DNA from: Auanema rhodensis
Taxonomy: Eukaryota > Animalia > Nematoda
Length of the DNA: 64,000 nucleotides
NCBI GenBank assembly: GCA_964057225.1
Contig: OZ059894.1
Span: 2,046,001 to 2,110,000 of the forward strand
Direction: 5' to 3'
Program-made: the position numbers and the translations under genes
Shown: positions 54,403 through 64,000 of the stretch, one piece after another
Layout of the letters: each line of letters opens with the position of its first letter
Position numbering within the stretch: position 1 is the first letter of the stretch
The notes under the pieces: model-generated
What the model was told of the DNA's origin: nothing
Database searches by the model: none
What the model saw: only the letters and a program-made list of their open reading frames with translations

Positions 54403-57400
54403 AATTAATTCTTCAGGGTGAAAATCGAGGATATAAGTGTGAACTTATATCAGTTGATATCTCGGTGCATTTTTAAGCTAGCGCAAATCTGATAACACAG
54501 ATCGACGCAGCTTGAAAATCCGCATCGAATGCACTATACTACATTGAGAAACGCTTAATAAAAAAATTAGTTATGATCGTTTGAAAAATGATGCATTAGT
54601 GTATGTTGAGTTTCCATGTACACTCAACATTGCTTCCAAAAAAATTTTGACAAAAATTTTTTCGAAAAATTTCAAATTAATTTAGCAGAAAGTATATGTT
54701 TTTAGATTCCTTTTTTCAAGGCGAAGACGATGGACATTGTTATTCAACGAAAAAATTAATTCTTCAGGGTGAAAATCGAGGATATAAGTGTGAACTTATA
54801 TCAGTTGATATCTCGGTGCATTTTTAAGCTAGCGCAAATCTGATAACACAGATCGACGCAGCTTGAAAATCCGCATCGAATGCACTATACTACATTGAGA
54901 AACGCTTAATACAAAAATTAGTTATGATCGTTTGAAAAATGATGCATTAGTGTATGTTGAGTTTCCATGTACACTCAACATAGCTTCCAAAAACATTTTG
55001 ACAAAAATTTTTTCGAAAAATTTCAAAATAATTTAGCAGAAAGTAGATGTTTTTAGATTCCTTTTTTCAAGGCAAAGACGATGGACAATGTTATTCAACG
55101 AAAAAATTAATTCTTCAGGGTGAAAATCGAGGATATAAGTGTGAACTTATATCAGTTGATATCTCGGTGCATTTTTAAGCTAGCGCAAATCTGATAACAC
55201 AGATCGACGCAGCTTGAAAATCCGCATCGAATGCACTATACTACTTTGAGAAACGCTTTATACAAAAATTAGTTATGATCGTTTGAAAAATGATGCATTA
55301 GTGTATGTTGAGTTTCCATGTACACTCAACATAGCTTCCAAAAACATTTTGACAAAATTTTTTTCAAAAAATTTCAAAATAATTTAGCAGAAAGTAGATG
55401 TTTTTAGATTCCTTTTTTTAAGGCAAAGACGACGGACAATGTTATTCAACGAAAAAATTAATTCTTCAGGGTGAAAATCGAGGATATAAGTGTGAACTTA
55501 TATCAGTTGATATCTCGGTGCATTTTTAAGCTAGCGCAAATCTGATAACACAGATCGACGCAGCTTGAAAATCCGCATCGAATGCACTATACTACTTTGA
55601 GAAACGCTTAATACAAAAATTAGTTATGATCGTTTGAAAAATGATGCATTAGTGTATGTTGAGTTTCCATGTACACTCAACATTGCTTCCAAAAACATTT
55701 TGACAAAAATTTTTTCGAAAAATTTCAAATTAATTTAGCAGAAAGTATATGTTTTTAGATTCCTTTTTTCAAGGCAAAGACGATGGACAATGTTATTCAA
55801 CGAAAAAATTAATTCTTCAGGGTGAAAATCGAGGATATAAGTGTGAATTTATATCAGTTGATATCTCGGTGCATTTTTAAGCTAGCGCAAATCTGATAAC
55901 ACAGATCGACGCAGCTTAAAAATCCGCATCGAATGCACTATACTACATTGAGGAACGCTTAATACAAAAATTAGTTATGATCGTTTGAAAAATGATGCAT
56001 TAGTGTATGTTGAGTTTCCATGTACACTCAACATAGCTTCCAAAAACATTTTGACAAAAATTTTTTCGAAAAATTTCAGAATAATTTAGCAAAAAGTAGA
56101 TGTTTTTAGATTTCTTTTCTCAAGGCAAAGACGATGGACAATGTTATTCAACGAAAAAATTAATTCTTCAGGGTGAAAATCGAGGATATAAGTGTGAACT
56201 TATATCAGTTGATATCTCGGTGCATTTTTAAGCTAGCGCAAATCTGATAACACAGATCGACGCAGCTTGAAAATCCGCATCGAATGCACTATACTACTTT
56301 GAGAAACGCTTAATACAAAAATCAGTTATGATCGTTTGAAAAATGATGCATTAGTGTATGTTGAGTTTCCATGTACACTCAACATTGCTTCCAAAAACAT
56401 TTTGACAAAATTTTTTTCGAAAAATTTCAAAATAATTTAGCAAAAAGTAGATGTTTTTAGATTCCTTTTTTCAAGGCGAAGACGATGGACATTGTTATTC
56501 AACGAAAAAATTAATTCTTCAGGGTGAAAATCGAGGATATAAGTGTGAACTTATATCAGTTGATATCTCGGTGCATTTTTAAGCTAGCGCAAATCTGATA
56601 ACACAGATCGACGCAGCTTGAAAATCCGCATCGAATGCACTATACTACTTTGAGAAACGCTTAATACAAAAATTAGTTATGATCGTTTGAAAAATGATGC
56701 ATTAGTGTATGTTGAGTTTCCATGTACACTCAACATTGCTTCCAAAAAAATTTTGACAAAAATTTTTTCGAAAAATTTCAAATTAATTTAGCAGAAAGTA
56801 TATGTTTTTAGATTTCTTTTTTCAAGGCAAAGACGATGGACAATGTTATTCAACGAAAAAATTAATTCTTCAGGGTGAAAATCGAGGATATAAGTGTGAA
56901 TTTATATCAGTTGATATCTCGGTGCATTTTTAAGCTAGCGCAAATCTGATAACACAGATCGACGCAGCTTAAAAATCCGCATCGAATGCACTATACTACA
57001 TTGAGGAACGCTTAATACAAAAATTAGTTATGATCGTTTGAAAAATGATGCATTAGTGTATGTTGAGTTTCCATGTACACTCAACATAGCTTCCAAAAAC
57101 ATTTTGACAAAAATTTTTTCGAAAAATTTCAGAATAATTTAGCAAAAAGTAGATGTTTTTAGATTTCTTTTCTCAAGGCAAAGACGATGGACAATGTTAT
57201 TCAACGAAAAAATTAATTCTTCAGGGTGAAAATCGAGGATATAAGTGTGAACTTATATCAGTTGATATCTCGGTGCATTTTTAAGCTAGCGCAAATCTGA
57301 TAACACAGATCGACGCAGCTTGAAAATCCGCATCGAATGCACTATACTACTTTGAGAAACGCTTAATACAAAAATCAGTTATGATCGTTTGAAAAATGAT

Positions 57401-60400
57401 GCATTAGTGTATGTTGAGTTTCCATGTACACTCAACATTGCTTCCAAAAAAATTTTGACAAAAATTTTTTCGAAAAATTTCAGAATAATTTAGCAAAAAG
57501 TAGATGTTTTTAGATTTCTTTTCTCAAGGCAAAGACGATGGACAATGTTATTCAACGAAAAAATTAATTCTTCAGGGTGAAAATCGAGGATATAAGTGTG
57601 AACTTATATCAGTTGATATCTCGGTGCATTTTTAAGCTAGCGCAAATCTGATAACACAGATCGACGCAGCTTGAAAATCCGCATCGAATGCACTATACTA
57701 CATTGAGAAACGCTTAATAAAAAAATTAGTTATGATCGTTTGAAAAATGATGCATTAGTGTATGTTGAGTTTCCATGTACACTCAACATTGCTTCCAAAA
57801 AAATTTTGACAAAAATTTTTTCGAAAAATTTCAAATTAATTTAGCAGAAAGTATATGTTTTTAGATTCCTTTTTTCAAGGCGAAGACGATGGACATTGTT
57901 ATTCAACGAAAAAATTAATTCTTCAGGGTGAAAATCGAGGATATAAGTGTGAACTTATATCAGTTGATATCTCGGTGCATTTTTAAGCTAGCGCAAATCT
58001 GATAACACAGATCGACGCAGCTTGAAAATCCGCATCGAATGCACTATACTACATTGAGAAACGCTTAATACAAAAATTAGTTATGATCGTTTGAAAAATG
58101 ATGCATTAGTGTATGTTGAGTTTCCATGTACACTCAACATAGCTTCCAAAAACATTTTGACAAAAATTTTTTCGAAAAATTTCAAAATAATTTAGCAGAA
58201 AGTAGATGTTTTTAGATTCCTTTTTTCAAGGCAAAGACGATGGACAATGTTATTCAACGAAAAAATTAATTCTTCAGGGTGAAAATCGAGGATATAAGTG
58301 TGAACTTATATCAGTTGATATCTCGGTGCATTTTTAAGCTAGCGCAAATCTGATAACACAGATCGACGCAGCTTGAAAATCCGCATCGAATGCACTATAC
58401 TACTTTGAGAAACGCTTTATACAAAAATTAGTTATGATCGTTTGAAAAATGATGCATTAGTGTATGTTGAGTTTCCATGTACACTCAACATAGCTTCCAA
58501 AAACATTTTGACAAAATTTTTTTCAAAAAATTTCAAAATAATTTAGCAGAAAGTAGATGTTTTTAGATTCCTTTTTTTAAGGCAAAGACGACGGACAATG
58601 TTATTCAACGAAAAAATTAATTCTTCAGGGTGAAAATCGAGGATATAAGTGTGAACTTATATCAGTTGATATCTCGGTGCATTTTTAAGCTAGCGCAAAT
58701 CTGATAACACAGATCGACGCAGCTTGAAAATCCGCATCGAATGCACTATACTACTTTGAGAAACGCTTAATACAAAAATTAGTTATGATCGTTTGAAAAA
58801 TGATGCATTAGTGTATGTTGAGTTTCCATGTACACTCAACATTGCTTCCAAAAACATTTTGACAAAAATTTTTTCGAAAAATTTCAAATTAATTTAGCAG
58901 AAAGTATATGTTTTTAGATTCCTTTTTTCAAGGCAAAGACGATGGACAATGTTATTCAACGAAAAAATTAATTCTTCAGGGTGAAAATCGAGGATATAAG
59001 TGTGAATTTATATCAGTTGATATCTCGGTGCATTTTTAAGCTAGCGCAAATCTGATAACACAGATCGACGCAGCTTAAAAATCCGCATCGAATGCACTAT
59101 ACTACATTGAGGAACGCTTAATACAAAAATTAGTTATGATCGTTTGAAAAATGATGCATTAGTGTATGTTGAGTTTCCATGTACACTCAACATAGCTTCC
59201 AAAAACATTTTGACAAAAATTTTTTCGAAAAATTTCAGAATAATTTAGCAAAAAGTAGATGTTTTTAGATTTCTTTTCTCAAGGCAAAGACGATGGACAA
59301 TGTTATTCAACGAAAAAATTAATTCTTCAGGGTGAAAATCGAGGATATAAGTGTGAACTTATATCAGTTGATATCTCGGTGCATTTTTAAGCTAGCGCAA
59401 ATCTGATAACACAGATCGACGCAGCTTGAAAATCCGCATCGAATGCACTATACTACTTTGAGAAACGCTTAATACAAAAATCAGTTATGATCGTTTGAAA
59501 AATGATGCATTAGTGTATGTTGAGTTTCCATGTACACTCAACATTGCTTCCAAAAACATTTTGACAAAATTTTTTTCGAAAAATTTCAAAATAATTTAGC
59601 AAAAAGTAGATGTTTTTAGATTCCTTTTTTCAAGGCGAAGACGATGGACATTGTTATTCAACGAAAAAATTAATTCTTCAGGGTGAAAATCGAGGATATA
59701 AGTGTGAACTTATATCAGTTGATATCTCGGTGCATTTTTAAGCTAGCGCAAATCTGATAACACAGATCGACGCAGCTTGAAAATCCGCATCGAATGCACT
59801 ATACTACTTTGAGAAACGCTTAATACAAAAATTAGTTATGATCGTTTGAAAAATGATGCATTAGTGTATGTTGAGTTTCCATGTACACTCAACATTGCTT
59901 CCAAAAAAATTTTGACAAAAATTTTTTCGAAAAATTTCAAATTAATTTAGCAGAAAGTATATGTTTTTAGATTTCTTTTTTCAAGGCAAAGACGATGGAC
60001 AATGTTATTCAACGAAAAAATTAATTCTTCAGGGTGAAAATCGAGGATATAAGTGTGAATTTATATCAGTTGATATCTCGGTGCATTTTTAAGCTAGCGC
60101 AAATCTGATAACACAGATCGACGCAGCTTAAAAATCCGCATCGAATGCACTATACTACATTGAGGAACGCTTAATACAAAAATTAGTTATGATCGTTTGA
60201 AAAATGATGCATTAGTGTATGTTGAGTTTCCATGTACACTCAACATAGCTTCCAAAAACATTTTGACAAAAATTTTTTCGAAAAATTTCAGAATAATTTA
60301 GCAAAAAGTAGATGTTTTTAGATTTCTTTTCTCAAGGCAAAGACGATGGACAATGTTATTCAACGAAAAAATTAATTCTTCAGGGTGAAAATCGAGGATA

Positions 60401-63400
60401 TAAGTGTGAACTTATATCAGTTGATATCTCGGTGCATTTTTAAGCTAGCGCAAATCTGATAACACAGATCGACGCAGCTTGAAAATCCGCATCGAATGCA
60501 CTATACTACTTTGAGAAACGCTTAATACAAAAATCAGTTATGATCGTTTGAAAAATGATGCATTAGTGTATGTTGAGTTTCCATGTACACTCAACATTGC
60601 TTCCAAAAACATTTTGACAAAAATTTTTTCGAAAAATTTCAAAATAATTTAGCAAAAAGTAGATGTTTTTAGATTCCTTTTTTCAAGGCGAAGACGATGG
60701 ACATTGTTATTCAACGAAAAAATTAATTCTTCAGGGTGAAAATCGAGGATATAAGTGTGAACTTATATCAGTTGATATCTCGGTGCATTTTTAAGCTAGC
60801 GCAAATCTGATAACACAGATCGACGCAGCTTGAAAATCCGCATCGAATGCACTATACTACTTTGAGAAACGCTTAATACAAAAATTAGTTATGATCGTTT
60901 GAAAAATGATGCATTAGTGTATGTTGAGTTTCCATGTACACTCAACATTGCTTCCAAAAAAATTTTGACAAAAATTTTTTCGAAAAATTTCAAATTAATT
61001 TAGCAGAAAGTATATGTTTTTAGATTTCTTTTTTCAAGGCAAAGACGATGGACAATGTTATTCAACGAAAAAATTAATTCTTCAGGGTGAAAATCGAGGA
61101 TATAAGTGTGAATTTATATCAGTTGATATCTCGGTGCATTTTTAAGCTAGCGCAAATCTGATAACACAGATCGACGCAGCTTGAAAATCCGCATCGAATG
61201 CACTATACTACTTTGAGAAACGCTTTATACAAAAATTAGTTATGATCGTTTGAAAAATGATGCATTAGTGTATGTTGAGTTTCCATGTACACTCAACATA
61301 GCTTCCAAAAACATTTTGACAAAAATTTTTTCGAAAAATTTCAAAATAATTTAGCAGAAAGTAGATGTTTTTAGATTCCTTTTTTCAAGGCAAAGACGAT
61401 GGACAATGTTATTCAACGAAAAAATTAATTCTTCAGGGTGAAAATCGAGGATATAAGTGTGAACTTATATCAGTTGATATCTCGGTGCATTTTTAAGCTA
61501 GCGCAAATCTGATAACACAGATCGACGCAGCTTGAAAATCCGCATCGAATGCACTATACTACTTTGAGAAACGCTTTATACAAAAATTAGTTATGATCGT
61601 TTGAAAAATGATGCATTAGTGTATGTTGAGTTTCCATGTACACTCAACATAGCTTCCAAAAACATTTTGACAAAATTTTTTTCAAAAAATTTCAAAATAA
61701 TTTAGCAGAAAGTAGATGTTTTTAGATTCCTTTTTTTAAGGCAAAGACGACGGACAATGTTATTCAACGAAAAAATTAATTCTTCAGGGTGAAAATCGAG
61801 GATATAAGTGTGAACTTATATCAGTTGATATCTCGGTGCATTTTTAAGCTAGCGCAAATCTGATAACACAGATCGACGCAGCTTGAAAATCCGCATCGAA
61901 TGCACTATACTACTTTGAGAAACGCTTAATACAAAAATTAGTTATGATCGTTTGAAAAATGATGCATTAGTGTATGTTGAGTTTCCATGTACACTCAACA
62001 TTGCTTCCAAAAACATTTTGACAAAAATTTTTTCGAAAAATTTCAAATTAATTTAGCAGAAAGTATATGTTTTTAGATTCCTTTTTTCAAGGCAAAGACG
62101 ATGGACAATGTTATTCAACGAAAAAATTAATTCTTCAGGGTGAAAATCGAGGATATAAGTGTGAATTTATATCAGTTGATATCTCGGTGCATTTTTAAGC
62201 TAGCGCAAATCTGATAACACAGATCGACGCAGCTTAAAAATCCGCATCGAATGCACTATACTACATTGAGGAACGCTTAATACAAAAATTAGTTATGATC
62301 GTTTGAAAAATGATGCATTAGTGTATGTTGAGTTTCCATGTACACTCAACATAGCTTCCAAAAACATTTTGACAAAAATTTTTTCGAAAAATTTCAGAAT
62401 AATTTAGCAAAAAGTAGATGTTTTTAGATTTCTTTTCTCAAGGCAAAGACGATGGACAATGTTATTCAACGAAAAAATTAATTCTTCAGGGTGAAAATCG
62501 AGGATATAAGTGTGAACTTATATCAGTTGATATCTCGGTGCATTTTTAAGCTAGCGCAAATCTGATAACACAGATCGACGCAGCTTGAAAATCCGCATCG
62601 AATGCACTATACTACTTTGAGAAACGCTTAATACAAAAATCAGTTATGATCGTTTGAAAAATGATGCATTAGTGTATGTTGAGTTTCCATGTACACTCAA
62701 CATTGCTTCCAAAAACATTTTGACAAAATTTTTTTCGAAAAATTTCAAAATAATTTAGCAAAAAGTAGATGTTTTTAGATTCCTTTTTTCAAGGCGAAGA
62801 CGATGGACATTGTTATTCAACGAAAAAATTAATTCTTCAGGGTGAAAATCGAGGATATAAGTGTGAACTTATATCAGTTGATATCTCGGTGCATTTTTAA
62901 GCTAGCGCAAATCTGATAACACAGATCGACGCAGCTTGAAAATCCGCATCGAATGCACTATACTACTTTGAGAAACGCTTAATACAAAAATTAGTTATGA
63001 TCGTTTGAAAAATGATGCATTAGTGTATGTTGAGTTTCCATGTACACTCAACATTGCTTCCAAAAAAATTTTGACAAAAATTTTTTCGAAAAATTTCAAA
63101 TTAATTTAGCAGAAAGTATATGTTTTTAGATTTCTTTTTTCAAGGCAAAGACGATGGACAATGTTATTCAACGAAAAAATTAATTCTTCAGGGTGAAAAT
63201 CGAGGATATAAGTGTGAATTTATATCAGTTGATATCTCGGTGCATTTTTAAGCTAGCGCAAATCTGATAACACAGATCGACGCAGCTTAAAAATCCGCAT
63301 CGAATGCACTATACTACATTGAGGAACGCTTAATACAAAAATTAGTTATGATCGTTTGAAAAATGATGCATTAGTGTATGTTGAGTTTCCATGTACACTC

Positions 63401-64000
63401 AACATAGCTTCCAAAAACATTTTGACAAAAATTTTTTCGAAAAATTTCAGAATAATTTAGCAAAAAGTAGATGTTTTTAGATTTCTTTTCTCAAGGCAAA
63501 GACGATGGACAATGTTATTCAACGAAAAAATTAATTCTTCAGGGTGAAAATCGAGGATATAAGTGTGAACTTATATCAGTTGATATCTCGGTGCATTTTT
63601 AAGCTAGCGCAAATCTGATAACACAGATCGACGCAGCTTGAAAATCCGCATCGAATGCACTATACTACTTTGAGAAACGCTTAATACAAAAATCAGTTAT
63701 GATCGTTTGAAAAATGATGCATTAGTGTATGTTGAGTTTCCATGTACACTCAACATTGCTTCCAAAAACATTTTGACAAAAATTTTTTCGAAAAATTTCA
63801 AAATAATTTAGCAAAAAGTAGATGTTTTTAGATTCCTTTTTTCAAGGCGAAGACGATGGACATTGTTATTCAACGAAAAAATTAATTCTTCAGGGTGAAA
63901 ATCGAGGATATAAGTGTGAACTTATATCAGTTGATATCTCGGTGCATTTTTAAGCTAGCGCAAATCTGATAACACAGATCGACGCAGCTTGAAAATCCGC
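54403..64000. repeat. 9-monomer (3159-bp) HOR, about 3 copies, built on X-Y-Z trimers
   Basis: Type W monomers (A141T, G147A, A155T, A254T, G262A, T329C) start at 55105, 58264 and 61423. Z monomers carrying A254T start at 56158, 59317 and 62476. Each W is followed by X,Y,Z,X',Y. Confidence 0.88.

Larger units (their letters stand above)
1..64000. repeat. Tandem satellite DNA array, 351-bp monomer, about 182.3 head-to-tail copies
   Basis: AATTAATTCTTCAGGGTG recurs at 1, 352, 703, ... 3511 (1+10x351), 7021, 14041, 35101. After three 1-bp deletions the register is 39661, 46681, 53701, 60721. Copies differ from the common monomer by 0 to about 10 substitutions. The array runs off both window ends. 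Confidence 0.99.

Noticed and set aside
1-64000. CRISPR array or repeat-spacer cassette system
   Set aside because: There are no unique spacers; the full 351 bp repeats with only SNPs, and no cas, recombinase or reverse transcriptase genes are present.
1-64000. Pure assembly or concatemer artefact
   Set aside because: Variants form linked haplotypes, nested HORs and positional domains, which random error or re-reading of one template would not produce. Local misassembly remains possible.

Overview
The whole 64-kb window is one uninterrupted head-to-tail satellite DNA array with a 351-bp monomer (hand count about 32% GC). It holds about 182.3 copies, all in one orientation, with no flanks, insertions or inversions seen. 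I found no credible protein-coding gene, RNA gene or CRISPR array; the single 63-aa ORF comes from a lost stop codon in one monomer. The information lies in two places. First, the monomer is dense in inverted repeats (offsets 28-49, 63-132, 200-229, 242-276) and is not CpG-depleted. Second, shared SNP haplotypes split the array into near-consensus domains (about 1-16.1 kb and 22.8-34.4 kb) and diverged domains (about 16.1-22.8 kb and 34.4-64 kb). These domains carry local higher-order repeats of 2, 3, 5, 6, 7 and 9 monomers, chimeric monomers at junctions, and possible long-range duplications. The only length changes seen are three copies of one 1-bp deletion. This is most consistent with a eukaryotic, possibly invertebrate, centromeric or pericentromeric satellite (inference; species and function cannot be read from sequence). 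Monomer typing was done by eye, so isolated variants may have been missed. 'Offset' means position within a monomer starting at AATTAATTCTTCAGGG.
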